A DNA stretch of 64,000 bases, from positions 2,528,001 to 2,592,000 of the forward strand of contig CAWCKH010000004.1 of assembly GCA_963796055.1 (NCBI GenBank). Direction: 5' to 3'. The position numbers were made by a program, and so were the translations under genes. How positions within the stretch are numbered: position 1 is the stretch's first letter; each line of letters opens with the position of its first letter. Positions 1 to 9,737 of the stretch are shown piece after piece. The stretch is from an uncultured delta proteobacterium (GTDB taxonomy: Bacteria > Myxococcota > Myxococcia > Myxococcales > Myxococcaceae). Below the pieces are notes generated by a model. That model did no database searches and was not told the origin of the DNA. It saw nothing but the letters and a program-made list of their open reading frames with translations.

Positions 1-325
1 GCTCGAGCGGCGCGGCCTCGTCGCCCAGCTTGGCGAGCCCGTCGAGCTGGACGTGCAGGTCTCGCACTTCCCCGAGGGCATCTTGCAGCGCGCGGACCTC
101 GCGATCGGCCCGTCTTGCCCGCTTCTCCTCGCCGAAGAGCGTCAGCGCCGCCCGGAGCCGCCGGCTCGCCACCCGCGCATCGTGCACCTGCTCGGAGCCG
201 AGGCGCGGCCCGAGCTTTCCGAGATACCGCCGGAGGTCGGCCACCCGCCCGGCGACGAGCGCCCGCGCCGCCTTCGGCATGGGAGTGGAGGCCTGGAGAC
301 CGCGGACGGGGGTGGGCTTGGCCAT
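1..325 (-). CDS. CHAD-domain protein, 5' part (runs off the window start)
   Basis: Manual translation from ATG at 325: MAKPTPVRG...VHDARVASRRLRAALTLF...LQDALGEVRDLHVQ, matching the CHAD motifs H-x-x-R-V-x-x-R-R-L-R and L-G-x-x-R-D. Not in the ORF track. Confidence 0.8.
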   Translation of the reverse strand, partial: MAKPTPVRGLQASTPMPKAARALVAGRVADLRRYLGKLGPRLGSEQVHDARVASRRLRAALTLFGEEKRARRADREVRALQDALGEVRDLHVQLDGLAKLGDEAAPLE

Positions 326-344
326 CGGCAGCCGCTTCCTTACC

Positions 345-1205
345 TCAACCCCTTTCGAGGGCGAGCATCTCCGCGTCGTCCAGGGCGAGCGCCGCCGCTG
401 CCACGTTCTCCTCCAGGTGCTGCACCGACGAGGTCCCGGGGATGGGGAGCATCACCGGCGAGTGGAGCAGCAGCCACGCCAGCGCCACCTGGGCGGCGGT
501 CACCGCGTGCGCCTTCGCCACTCGGTCCAGCGGCCCCCCCGGCCTGGCCAGCTCTCCGGCCGCCACCGGGTACCAGGGCAGGAACCCCAGACCCTCGCGC
601 CCGCAGAGCTGCAGGACGTCCTCGGAGCCGCGGTCGCTCAGGTTGTAGCGGTTCTGCACGGAGACGATGGGGACCAGCTTCCTGGCCCGCTGCAGCTGCT
701 CGACACTGACGTTGGACAGGCCGAGGTGGCGAATCTTCCCCTCCGCCCGGAGCTTGATCAGCTCGCCGAGCGACTCCTCCATCGGCACGCTGGGGTCGAT
801 GGCGTGCAGCTGGTACAGGTCGATCCGCTCCACCCGCAACCGCCGCAGGCTCCCCTCGCAAGCCTTGCGCAGATGCTCCGGCCGGCCATTCCGGTGCCAC
901 TGGCCCGGCCCGCTGCGGGTCAGCCCACCCTTGGTGGCGATGACCAGCCCGGCGGGGTAGGGATGCAGGGCCTCGGCGATGATGTTCTCGCTCACCTCGG
1001 GCCCGTAGGAATCCGCGGTGTCGATGAGGTTGACCCCGAGCTCGACGGCCCGACGGAGCACAGCGTGCGCCCGGGCGCGATCGGGAGGGTCGCCCCAGAT
1101 GCCCTGGCCGGTGAGCCGCATCGCGCCGAACCCCATCCGGCGGACGACGAGATCACCTCCGAGGGTCATCGAGCCTGCTGCGGCGGCGGGGAGTTCGCTG
1201 GGCAT
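345..1205 (-). CDS. Aldo/keto reductase
   Basis: [38 protein letters not shown] and PIPGTSS motifs. Confidence 0.93.
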   Translation of the reverse strand: MPSELPAAAAGSMTLGGDLVVRRMGFGAMRLTGQGIWGDPPDRARAHAVLRRAVELGVNLIDTADSYGPEVSENIIAEALHPYPAGLVIATKGGLTRSGPGQWHRNGRPEHLRKACEGSLRRLRVERIDLYQLHAIDPSVPMEESLGELIKLRAEGKIRHLGLSNVSVEQLQRARKLVPIVSVQNRYNLSDRGSEDVLQLCGREGLGFLPWYPVAAGELARPGGPLDRVAKAHAVTAAQVALAWLLLHSPVMLPIPGTSSVQHLEENVAAAALALDDAEMLALERG

Positions 1206-1223
1206 CGCGGGTGTCCTTTCAGG

Positions 1224-1754
1224 TCAGCCGCGGGCGGTGCGCTCGGCGGCGGAGAGAATCGCCTCCGCCTCGTCGATGCCGCCCCACCCGAGGAATCGCA
1301 AGTCCTTCTTCTCCCAGCGCGTGGACCAGACGAAGAAATCCTCCAGCTCGGACCGGAGCCGCTCCGGGAAGGCGAAGACGTCCGTCGGGTCGTCGCCGTG
1401 CGCGGCCTCGACTGGAATCAGGAACAGCCGGTCATTCCGTTGCCGGCCCGGGCCCTCCTTCCGGTTCTGCTCCACCTTCAGGGCCCCGAGCAGGCGGGCC
1501 GGAACCACGATGCCTGGCTGCCCCGGTCCCGTGCCGTAGAGCATCGCGTCCAGGGGGTCTCCGTCCTCCGCCCGGGTGGAGGGGACGAATCCCCAGTCGA
1601 ATGGGTAGTGGAGCCCGAGCGGGAGCGGCCGGCTCACCGACATGTGCCTCAGCTGCGGGTCGAACTTGAGCTTCACCTTCGCGCCGGCCGGAGTTTCCAC
1701 CACCACCAGCACAGCGTCGCCGGCCCGGGCCGGCAGACTGACCAGGTCTTTCAT
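1224..1754 (-). CDS. ppa: Family I inorganic pyrophosphatase
   Basis: C-terminal part of ORF 1224..2789 from ATG 1754: VETP, YPFDWGFVPST, DGDPLD, NDRL. Confidence 0.85.
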   Translation of the reverse strand: MKDLVSLPARAGDAVLVVVETPAGAKVKLKFDPQLRHMSVSRPLPLGLHYPFDWGFVPSTRAEDGDPLDAMLYGTGPGQPGIVVPARLLGALKVEQNRKEGPGRQRNDRLFLIPVEAAHGDDPTDVFAFPERLRSELEDFFVWSTRWEKKDLRFLGWGGIDEAEAILSAAERTARG

Positions 1755-1772
1755 GCAATGGTCCTCGCCGCC

Positions 1773-2915
1773 ATGCGCTTCGACACCCTCGCCATCCACG
1801 CCGGCCAGGAGCCGGACCCGACCACCGGCGCGATCATGACGCCGGTCTATCTCTCGTCGACCTACGTGCAGGCCGGTCCCGGCGAGCACAAGGGCTACGA
1901 ATACAGCCGTACCAGGAACCCCACCCGCACCGCGCTCGAGGCCTGCCTCGCGGCGTTGGAAGGTGCACGGTTCGGCGCGGCCTTCGCCTCGGGCTGCGCG
2001 GCCACCGACGCTCTGATCCACCTGCTCGACAGCGGAGACCACGTCGTCTGCTCGGACGACGTCTACGGCGGCACCTTCCGGCTCTTCGACAAGGTGTTCA
2101 AGCGGCTGGGTCTGTCCTTCAGCTTCGTGGACCTGTCGAAGCCCGGGACCCTCGAGGCGGCGCTCACCCCCCGGACGAGGATGGTGTGGCTGGAGACGCC
2201 CACCAACCCGACCTTGAAGCTGGTGGACCTCGCCCGGTGCGCCGAGACCTGCCGGGCCCGGAAGATCGTCACCGTCTGCGACAACACCTTCCTCTCGCCG
2301 TACTTCCAGCGCCCGCTCGAGCACGGCATCGACGTGGTGGTGCACTCCACCACCAAGTACATCAACGGGCACAGCGACACGGTGGGCGGCTTCATCGCCA
2401 CCAGCAACGAGGAGCTCGCCCAGCGCATCTACTTCCTCCAGAACGCGGTGGGCGGTGTGCCCTCGGCGATGGACAGCTTTCTCGTCCTGCGGGGGGTGAA
2501 GACGCTCGGCGTCCGGATGGCGCGCCACGAGCAGAACGCGATGAAGGTCGCCGAGTTCCTGATGCAGCACCCCAAGGCCGGCCACGTCGTCTACCCGGGC
2601 CTGCCGAGCCACCCGCAGCACGCGCTCGCCCGGAAGCAGATGAAGGGCTTCGGCGGGATGCTCACCTTCGAGATCCAGGGCGGTCTTCCGGCGGCAAGGA
2701 AGTTCCTCAAGGCGACCAAGGTCTTCGCCTGCGCCGAGTCGCTCGGCGGCGTGGAGAGCCTCATCGAGCATCCGGCGATCATGACCCACGCCTCGGTGCC
2801 TCCCGAGACCCGTGCGGCGCTGGGCATCTCCGACGGGTTCATCCGCCTCTCGGTGGGCATCGAGGACGTCGCGGACCTGATCGAGGACCTGTCCCAGGCG
2901 TTCGCCCAGGCCTGA
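1773..2915 (+). CDS. Cystathionine gamma-synthase/gamma-lyase (PLP-dependent Cys/Met metabolism family)
   Basis: Starts MRFDTLAIHAG at ATG 1773; YSRTRNPT, ETPTNP, DNTF, HSTTKYINGHSD, AESLGGVESL. Confidence 0.93.
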   Translation: MRFDTLAIHAGQEPDPTTGAIMTPVYLSSTYVQAGPGEHKGYEYSRTRNPTRTALEACLAALEGARFGAAFASGCAATDALIHLLDSGDHVVCSDDVYGGTFRLFDKVFKRLGLSFSFVDLSKPGTLEAALTPRTRMVWLETPTNPTLKLVDLARCAETCRARKIVTVCDNTFLSPYFQRPLEHGIDVVVHSTTKYINGHSDTVGGFIATSNEELAQRIYFLQNAVGGVPSAMDSFLVLRGVKTLGVRMARHEQNAMKVAEFLMQHPKAGHVVYPGLPSHPQHALARKQMKGFGGMLTFEIQGGLPAARKFLKATKVFACAESLGGVESLIEHPAIMTHASVPPETRAALGISDGFIRLSVGIEDVADLIEDLSQAFAQA

Positions 2916-2944
2916 TTCCAGGAACTTCCGCCGGCGACCCGCCG

Positions 2945-3073
2945 ATGGCTTGCGCGGCGCCCCCCGACTGGACTACCTCTCCAGTCGTGGTCGTCCAGCT
3001 CCATCACCATGCGCACCATCCGCACGGGCCCGTCGGGTCGGTGCACGCGCATGGCGGTGTGTCCTTGAGCTGA
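2945..3073 (+). CDS. Putative his operon leader peptide (start ATG 2945 or in-frame GTG 2987)
   Basis: ...VVVVQLHHHAHHPHGPVGSVHAHGGVSLS*: 8 His codons within 17 codons, ending about 100 nt upstream of hisG. Confidence 0.72.
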   Translation: MACAAPPDWTTSPVVVVQLHHHAHHPHGPVGSVHAHGGVSLS

Positions 3074-3163
3074 CCCGCCCCCGCTGACACCGAAAGTTCC
3101 CGACCGGGCCCTCCAGGGCGCCGCATCCTTGCGGCGTGCCTCGAGGGCCCACTTCCCGTTTCT
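3026..3163 (+). promoter_or_regulatory. Candidate his attenuator with alternative RNA helices
   Basis: Hairpin 3106-3150 (gggccctc..gcgccgca-tcct-tgcggcgt..gagggccc) is followed by acttcccgtttct. Leader segment 3026-3037 (gggcccgtcggg) is complementary to 3099-3111 (cccgaccgggccc), which overlaps the 5' arm of the hairpin. Confidence 0.55.
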
Positions 3164-3174
3164 GGAGGCCGTTC

Positions 3175-4032
3175 ATGCTGCGCATCGCACTACCGAACAA
3201 GGGCAGGCTGGCCGAGGACGTCCGAGGCGTCTTCGCCGACGCGGGCCTGGAGATCCGCGCCCGCGGCGAGCGGGCCCTCACCGCGTCCCTGGGAGGCGAG
3301 TTCGAGGCCATCTTCGTCCGGAGCCAGGACATCCCCGAGCTGGTCTCCGATGGCGTGGCCGACGCCGGCGTCACCGGGTGGGACCTGGTCTGCGAGACCG
3401 GCAAGCCCGTGGACGTCCGGCTGGATCTCGAGTTCGGCCGGTGCCGGCTGGTGCTCGCCGCGCGCGAGGACTCGGGCATCGAGCGCCCGGAGCAGCTTCC
3501 GGCCGGCTCCCGGGCGGCGACGGTCTTTCCCCGGCTCGCCCGGTCCTTCTTCGCCGAGAAGGGGCTCGCGGTGGAGGTGGTTCCCGTCTCCGGCGCGGCG
3601 GAGGTCGCGCCTCACCTCGGCATCGCCGACGTGGTGATCGACCTGACGACCACCGGAAGCACGCTCCGCACCAACGGGCTCAAGGAGGTCTGCACCCTCC
3701 TCGAGTCCAGCGCGCGGCTCATCGCCCGGCCTGGGCTGGGGCCCGACCGGACACGGGCCCTGTGCGAGCTCGAGGACGCGCTCGGCTCGGTGCTCCGGGC
3801 GCGTGGCAAGCGCTACCTCATGGCCAACGTGCCGCGGGCGAAGCTGGAGGCGGTCCGCGAGGTGCTCCCCGGGCTCAGCGGGCCCACCGTCATCGAGCTG
3901 TACGGCGCCGGTCCGCTGGTCGCCGTGCACGCGGTGGTGGCCGAGGCCTCGCTCTACCGGACGGTGGCCGCGCTGAAGGCACTCGGCGCCGAGGGCATCC
4001 TGGTCACCCGCATCGAGAGGCTCCTGCCATGA
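3175..4032 (+). CDS. hisG: ATP phosphoribosyltransferase, long form
   Basis: MLRIALPNKGRL, DIPELV, GVTGWD, DLTTTGSTLRTNGL and C-terminal regulatory domain; GGAGG SD at 3164. Confidence 0.96.
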   Translation: MLRIALPNKGRLAEDVRGVFADAGLEIRARGERALTASLGGEFEAIFVRSQDIPELVSDGVADAGVTGWDLVCETGKPVDVRLDLEFGRCRLVLAAREDSGIERPEQLPAGSRAATVFPRLARSFFAEKGLAVEVVPVSGAAEVAPHLGIADVVIDLTTTGSTLRTNGLKEVCTLLESSARLIARPGLGPDRTRALCELEDALGSVLRARGKRYLMANVPRAKLEAVREVLPGLSGPTVIELYGAGPLVAVHAVVAEASLYRTVAALKALGAEGILVTRIERLLP

Positions 4033-5333
4033 CCGCGCCGGTGCGCTGGACCGGCTCGCTGTCCGCGCTCGGCCCGGAGGCGTTGCGCGCCCTGCTCTCG
4101 CGCGGCCAGGCCGACTCGGGGGCGCGGGAGCTGCGGGAGGAGGTCGCCGAGCTGGTGGCCGAGGTGAGGACGCGCGGCGATGCGGCCCTGCGAGACTTCG
4201 CGCGCCGGTTCGACCGCGTCATCCTGAGCACGCTGGAGGTGCCGCGGGAGACGGTGCGCGCCGCGCTGGACCGCCAGCCGCCGGCGCTGCGCCGGACCAT
4301 GGAGCGGTCGGCCCGGAACGTGGCCCGCGTCCACTCCGCGTTCCGTCCGCAGGCGAGCCGGGTGGAGGTCGAGCCCGGGGTCGTCGTGGAGCGGCGCCCC
4401 GATCCGCTGGGCCGCGTTGGTGTCTACGCGCCGGGCGGGCGTGCCGCGTACCCGAGCAGCGTCCTCATGGGCGCGGTGCCGGCGCGGGTGGCCGGCGTGC
4501 GGGAGGTGGTCCTCTGCTCGCCGCCGGGGCCGGAAGGCCTTCCCTCCGACGTGGTGCTCGCCGCGGCCGCAGTGGCCGAGGTGGACCGGGTGTTCGCGCT
4601 CGGCGGCGCCGGCGCCATCGCCGCGCTGGCGTACGGGACGGAGTCGGTGCCGGCCGTGGACCGCATCGTCGGCCCGGGCAACGCCTGGGTCGCGGAGGCG
4701 AAGCTCCAGATCTCCTCGCGCGTTCCCATCGACTCCCCGGCCGGGCCCTCCGAGCTGCTGGTCCTGCTCGACGGCACCTCGGACGTGGAGGCGGTGGCCC
4801 GCGAGCTGCTCGCCCAGGCCGAGCACGACCCCGAGGCGGCGGTGGTGGCGGTGGCCCTCGACGACGCGACCGCGCGGCGCCTGCTCGAGCGCGTGGCGGC
4901 GCTGGTGCCCACGGCAGCGCGGGCGGACATCATCCGCGCGGCGCTCGCCAGCCGCGGGGCGGTGGTGGTGGCGCGCACGCAGAAGGAGGCGGTCGACTTC
5001 GCCGAGCGGTGGGCCCCCGAGCACCTCATGGTGGCCGTCAAGGGGGCGCCCGAGCTCGCCCGCCGGGTGCGCAGCGCGGGGACCATCTTCGTCGGCACCT
5101 CCAGCTCGGGCGCCTTCGGTGACTACCTCACCGGCGCCAACCACGTGCTCCCCACCGCCGGAGCGGCGCGGGCCTGGTCGGGCCTGTCCACCCTGGACTT
5201 CGTGCGCTGGACCACCGTCCAGACGGTTTCGCGCGAGGGCGCGGCCGGGCTGTCCGCCGACACCGACGTGTTCGCCACCGCCGAGGGGCTGCACGCGCAC
5301 GCCGCCGCTGCCCGGGCCTGGAGCGCGCCGTGA
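4029..5333 (+). CDS. hisD: Histidinol dehydrogenase
   Basis: GVYAPGGRAAYPSS, GPGNAWV, PAGPSE, QAEHD, APEHL, GDYLTGANHVLPT; ATGA overlap with hisG. Confidence 0.96.
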   Translation: MTAPVRWTGSLSALGPEALRALLSRGQADSGARELREEVAELVAEVRTRGDAALRDFARRFDRVILSTLEVPRETVRAALDRQPPALRRTMERSARNVARVHSAFRPQASRVEVEPGVVVERRPDPLGRVGVYAPGGRAAYPSSVLMGAVPARVAGVREVVLCSPPGPEGLPSDVVLAAAAVAEVDRVFALGGAGAIAALAYGTESVPAVDRIVGPGNAWVAEAKLQISSRVPIDSPAGPSELLVLLDGTSDVEAVARELLAQAEHDPEAAVVAVALDDATARRLLERVAALVPTAARADIIRAALASRGAVVVARTQKEAVDFAERWAPEHLMVAVKGAPELARRVRSAGTIFVGTSSSGAFGDYLTGANHVLPTAGAARAWSGLSTLDFVRWTTVQTVSREGAAGLSADTDVFATAEGLHAHAAAARAWSAP

Positions 5334-6373
5334 GCCCGGCCCGCCCCCGGCCGGTCCTGGCCACCGTGCCACTGTACGCGCCGGACCCGAGCCCGGTGGA
5401 GCTCGACCTCAGCGACAACGTGAACCTGTGGGGCGTGCCGCCCGCCGCGGAACGGGCGCTCCGGGACCCGCTCGCCGCCCACCCCAGCGTCTATCCCCAC
5501 TCGGATCCGGTGGAGCTCCGCGAGGCGCTGGCCCGCTACGCAGGGGTGAGCCCGGCGCAGGTCATCACCGGCTGCGGCTCGGACGACGTCATCGACGGCG
5601 CGCTCCGGGCCTTCGCCGCGCCCGGCGAGAAGGTGGCCTACTCGGCCCCGAGCTTCTCGATGCTGGTCAACTTCACCCGGGTGAACGGGCTGGAGCCCGC
5701 GCCCGTTCCGTTCCGCACCGGGGGGGACATCGACCCGGACACGCTCCTCGCCGAGCGCGCGGCCATCACCTACGTCTGCAGCCCCAACAACCCCACCGGG
5801 GCCGGCGCCTCTCCCGCGGCGATCGAGCGGGTCGTCTCCCGCGCCGAGGGGCTGGTGCTGGTCGACGAGGCATACGGCGAGTACGCAGGGCAGACCGCCG
5901 TCCCGCTTCTCGGCAGGGCCCCGCAGCTGCTCGTCACCCGCACGCTGTCCAAGGCGTTCGGCCTCGCCGGCCTCCGCGTCGGGTACGGTCTGGCCGCGCC
6001 GGAGGTGGTGCAGGTGCTGGAGAAGGTCCGGGGTCCCTACAAGGTGAACGCCCTCGGCGAGCGGGTGGCGCTGGCCGCGCTCCGCGAGGACCTCGGCTGG
6101 GTGCGTCGCCACGTCGAGGAGGCGCTGGGAATCCGTGACCGGCTCCGCACCGCGCTCGAGGCGGTCGGCCTTCGCCCGCTGCCGTCGGCGGCGAACTTCC
6201 TCTGCGTCCCGGTGCCCGACTCGGCGGCGCTGGGGAAGGCGCTGCTCTGCCGCGGCATCAAGGTCCGGGTGCTCCGCGCGCTGCCCGGGGTCGGCGACGC
6301 GATCCGCATGGGCGTGGGACCGTGGGAGCAGATGGAGCGGCTGCTGAGCGCGCTGCGCGAGGTGCTGCGGTGA
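5330..6373 (+). CDS. hisC: Histidinol-phosphate aminotransferase
   Basis: GSDDVI, SPNNPTG, DEAYGEY, RTLSKAFGLAGLRVGY. Confidence 0.95.
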   Translation: MSPARPRPVLATVPLYAPDPSPVELDLSDNVNLWGVPPAAERALRDPLAAHPSVYPHSDPVELREALARYAGVSPAQVITGCGSDDVIDGALRAFAAPGEKVAYSAPSFSMLVNFTRVNGLEPAPVPFRTGGDIDPDTLLAERAAITYVCSPNNPTGAGASPAAIERVVSRAEGLVLVDEAYGEYAGQTAVPLLGRAPQLLVTRTLSKAFGLAGLRVGYGLAAPEVVQVLEKVRGPYKVNALGERVALAALREDLGWVRRHVEEALGIRDRLRTALEAVGLRPLPSAANFLCVPVPDSAALGKALLCRGIKVRVLRALPGVGDAIRMGVGPWEQMERLLSALREVLR

Positions 6374-6963
6374 GGGTGGCGGTCCTCGACACCCGGGTGG
6401 GGAACGTCCACTCCCTGCTCAAGGCGCTGACTGCAGCAGGGGGAGCGCCGCGCCTCGAGTCGCGTCCGGAGGCCTGCCTGGACGCCCCCCTGCTGGTCCT
6501 CCCGGGCGTCGGGGCATACCCGGCCGCCACCACCCTCTTCCGGGAAGCCCGGCAGGCGGTCCGCGAACGCCTGCTCGGGGGGGCTCCTTGCCTGGGCATC
6601 TGCCTCGGGATGCAGCTGCTGCTGGACGACAGCGAGGAGGGCCCCGGGGCCGGGCTGGGGGTCGTTCCAGGCCGGGTGGTGAGACTGGAGGCTCCCCGCG
6701 TCCCTCACATGGGATGGAACCAGCTCGAGGGGGACGACCCCCTCCTGACCCGTTCCGGCCTCCGGACGGCCTACTACGCCCACAGCTTCGTCTGCCGACC
6801 AGTGAATCCTGAGGCAGTCCGGGCCACGACGGAGCACGCAGGCGTCAGGTTTCCGGCGATGATTCGGTCCAGGGGGATGGTGGGCGTGCAGTTCCACCCC
6901 GAGAAGAGCGGTGCACCCGGTCTGGCCTTCCTGGCCGCGGTGCTCGAGGAGGTCGGCACATGA
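6370..6963 (+). CDS. hisH: Imidazole glycerol phosphate synthase, glutaminase subunit
   Basis: GNVHS, LPGVG, GICLGMQ, VPHMGWN, QFHPEKSG; GTG start overlaps the hisC stop. Confidence 0.95.
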   Translation: MRVAVLDTRVGNVHSLLKALTAAGGAPRLESRPEACLDAPLLVLPGVGAYPAATTLFREARQAVRERLLGGAPCLGICLGMQLLLDDSEEGPGAGLGVVPGRVVRLEAPRVPHMGWNQLEGDDPLLTRSGLRTAYYAHSFVCRPVNPEAVRATTEHAGVRFPAMIRSRGMVGVQFHPEKSGAPGLAFLAAVLEEVGT

Positions 6964-7670
6964 GGGTCTTTCCGGCGATCGACCTGCGCGGGGGCGCCTG
7001 CGTCCAGTGGGTGGGCGGCGTGCCCGATGCGGAGAAGATCCGCCTCCCCGACCCGGTGGAGGTGGCGAACCGCTGGAAGGCGGCGGGATTCAAGGTGCTT
7101 CACCTGGTGGACCTCGACGCCGCCCTGGGCACCGGCTCGAACGCCTCGGTCATCGAGGCCATCCTCGATGCCACCGGGCTCGAGGCCGAGGTGGGGGGCG
7201 GCGTGCGCGACGAGGAGGGGATCCAGCGCGTGCTCGACCTCGGCGCCAACCGGGTCATCGTGGGCACCCGGGCGCTCGAGGACCCCCGCTGGCTCGAGGA
7301 GGTGGCCTTCAAGTTCCCGGGGAGGCTGGTGCTCGCCGCCGACGCGCGCGGGCGGCAGGTGGTGACCCGGGGCTGGACCCGTACCCTGACCCAGGACGTG
7401 GGGGCGCTGATCGCCGGGGTGGATGCCCTGCCGCTGGCTGCGGTGATGGTCACCGCGGTGCACGTCGAGGGCCTGGAGGGCGGCACGGATCTGAAATTGA
7501 TGTCCGAGCTGGTGGAGACCACCAGCCATCCGCTCCTGGCCTCGGGCGGCATCGCCTCGATGGACGAGCTGCGCAAGCTGGCCGGCGCCGGGGTGGCCGG
7601 GGCCATCCTGGGGATGGCGCTCTACACCGGGAAGATCGACGCCAGGGCCGCGGCGAAAGAGTTCCCGTGA
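6960..7670 (+). CDS. hisA: ProFAR isomerase
   Basis: PAIDLRGG, HLVDLD, GGGVR, ASGGI. Confidence 0.95.
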   Translation: MRVFPAIDLRGGACVQWVGGVPDAEKIRLPDPVEVANRWKAAGFKVLHLVDLDAALGTGSNASVIEAILDATGLEAEVGGGVRDEEGIQRVLDLGANRVIVGTRALEDPRWLEEVAFKFPGRLVLAADARGRQVVTRGWTRTLTQDVGALIAGVDALPLAAVMVTAVHVEGLEGGTDLKLMSELVETTSHPLLASGGIASMDELRKLAGAGVAGAILGMALYTGKIDARAAAKEFP

Positions 7671-8206
7671 CCGTCCGGCTGGTGCGAGAGACGAAGGAAT
7701 CCCGGGTCGAGGTGGAGATCGGCCCGGGGACGGATCCGGCGCGGATCGAGACCGGGAAGCCGTTCTTCGACCACATGCTCTTTACGTTCGCCAGGTACGC
7801 GGGCCTGAGCCTGGGGGTGCGCGCCCGGGGCGACCTGACGCACCACCTGATGGAGGACGTGGCGATCACCGTGGGCCTGGCGTTCCGGAGGATGGTTCCG
7901 GCGACCGCAGCCCGCTTCGGCGAGCGTACCGTGCCGATGGACGATGCGCTGGTGCAGGCAGCGGTGGACCTGGGCGGGCGCTCCTACTACCGGGGCAAGC
8001 TCCCCAACGCGCTCTACGAGCACTGGATGCGCAGCTTCGCCGAGAACGCCGGGGCCACGCTGCACCTGCGCGTACTGCGCGGCCGCAACCGCCACCACGT
8101 CGTCGAGTGCGCCTTCAAGGCGCTGGGCCTGGCGATCCGCGACGCGCTGGCCGAGGGCGGCTCGGTGTTCAGCCTCAAGGGCTCGGTGAAGGTCACGGAG
8201 GGCTGA
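7667..8206 (+). CDS. hisB: Imidazoleglycerol-phosphate dehydratase
   Basis: RETKES, FFDHML, HHLMEDV, PMDDAL, NRHHVVECAFKALG. Confidence 0.94.
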   Translation: MTVRLVRETKESRVEVEIGPGTDPARIETGKPFFDHMLFTFARYAGLSLGVRARGDLTHHLMEDVAITVGLAFRRMVPATAARFGERTVPMDDALVQAAVDLGGRSYYRGKLPNALYEHWMRSFAENAGATLHLRVLRGRNRHHVVECAFKALGLAIRDALAEGGSVFSLKGSVKVTEG

Positions 8207-8967
8207 TGCTGGCGCCGCGCATCGTGGCCTGCCTCGACGTCACCGCGGGCCGGGTGGTGAAGGGGACGAAGTTCGTCGACCTCCGCGACCAGGGAGACCC
8301 GGTGGAGCTGGCCGAGGCCTACGGGCGGGACGGGGCGGACGAGGTCACGTTCCTCGACATCTCGGCCACGCCCGAGCAGCGGGCGCCGCTGCTGGACGTG
8401 GTCCGGCGTACCGCGGAGCGGCTCTTCGTCCCCCTGACGGTGGGTGGCGGGATGCGCGCGGCCGAGGACGTGGAGCGGGCCCTGCGGGCGGGGGCGGACA
8501 AGGTGGCGCTCAACTCGGCGCCGGTGCGTGCGCCGGAGCTGTTCTCCGAGTGCGCCCGCCGCTTCGGGGCCCAGTGTGTGGTGGCGAGCATCGATGCGCG
8601 GCGCTCGGGAGACCGGTGGCAGGTGGTGGTCGGCGGGGGGCGGCACGCCGTGGATCTGGATGCCGTGGAGTGGGCGCGCGAGGCCGAGCGGCGGGGGGCG
8701 GGGGAGATCCTCCTCACCAGCATCGACCGCGACGGGGCCCGGACCGGGTACGACCTCGCGCTGACCCGGGCGGTTGTCAGCGCGGTGAAGGTGCCGGTGG
8801 TGGCCTCGGGCGGGGCGGGGGAGGCGGAGCACCTCCGGGCCGTGCTCCAGGACGCCGGGGCGGATGCGGCGCTGGTGGCGGGAATCCTTCATGACGGCAC
8901 GACCACGGTCCGGGCGCTGAAGCAGGCGCTCTCCCGGGCCGGGGTGCCGGTGCGTGGCGAGGCGTGA
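8206..8967 (+). CDS. hisF: Imidazole glycerol phosphate synthase, cyclase subunit
   Basis: RIVACLDV, VVKG, GADEVTFLDI, GAGEILLTSIDRDG, ASGGAG. Confidence 0.96.
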   Translation: MLAPRIVACLDVTAGRVVKGTKFVDLRDQGDPVELAEAYGRDGADEVTFLDISATPEQRAPLLDVVRRTAERLFVPLTVGGGMRAAEDVERALRAGADKVALNSAPVRAPELFSECARRFGAQCVVASIDARRSGDRWQVVVGGGRHAVDLDAVEWAREAERRGAGEILLTSIDRDGARTGYDLALTRAVVSAVKVPVVASGGAGEAEHLRAVLQDAGADAALVAGILHDGTTTVRALKQALSRAGVPVRGEA

Positions 8968-9737
8968 TGAGCGAGGTACGGTCGTGGATGGAGGCGGCGG
9001 AGGCGGTGGCCCGGGTGGCGGGAGAGGTGGCGCTGCGCCACTACCACCGAGGGGTCACGGTGGAGACCAAGGGCGACGGGACTCCGGTCTCGGTGGCGGA
9101 CCGGGAGGCGGAGGAGGCCGCTCGCCGCTGGCTGGAGAAGCGCTGCCCCGAGGACGGCATCCTCGGCGAGGAGCTGGGGACCACCCGGCCCGAGGCCCGA
9201 CGCCGGTGGATCCTCGACCCGATCGACGGGACGAAGACCTTCGTCCGCCGGGTGCCACTGTGGGGGACGCTGGTGGCGCTCGCCGAGGGCGAGACGGTGC
9301 TCGCCGGAGCGGCGTACTTTCCCGCGGTGGACGAGCTGGTCGTCGCCGCCCAGGGCGGGGGCTGCTTCTGGAATGGCAAGCCGGCGCGCGTCTCGAGCGT
9401 GTCGCGGCTGTCCGAGGCGGTGGTGCTGACCACCGACGCGCGGATGGGCACAGCGGAGCAAGTGCGCGCCCTCGACGGGCTCTGCGCCCGGGCGGGGCTC
9501 GTCCGGACCTGGGGGGACTGCTACGGCTATCTGCTCATCGCCACCGGACGCGCAGAGGCGATGGCCGATGCGCTGATGGCGCCGTGGGATGCGGCGGCGC
9601 TGCAGCCGATCATCGAGGAGGCCGGCGGAGTGTTCACCGACTGGAGCGGCCGGCGCACGGCGTTCGGAGGCAACGCGGTGGCGAGCAACGCGGCGCTGGC
9701 GGCCGAGGTGCGCGCGGCGCTCGGAGGCCCGGGATGA
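8964..9737 (+). CDS. hisN: Histidinol-phosphatase (inositol monophosphatase family)
   Basis: GEE, WILDPIDGTKTF, WGDCYGY, WDAAAL; his operon context. Confidence 0.9.
   Translation: MMSEVRSWMEAAEAVARVAGEVALRHYHRGVTVETKGDGTPVSVADREAEEAARRWLEKRCPEDGILGEELGTTRPEARRRWILDPIDGTKTFVRRVPLWGTLVALAEGETVLAGAAYFPAVDELVVAAQGGGCFWNGKPARVSSVSRLSEAVVLTTDARMGTAEQVRALDGLCARAGLVRTWGDCYGYLLIATGRAEAMADALMAPWDAAALQPIIEEAGGVFTDWSGRRTAFGGNAVASNAALAAEVRAALGGPG

Noticed and set aside
30..1772. N-terminal ~580 aa of ORF 30..2915, suggesting a large fusion to the cystathionine enzyme
   Set aside because: It is the antisense shadow of the CHAD, aldo/keto reductase and pyrophosphatase genes; the real start is ATG 1773.
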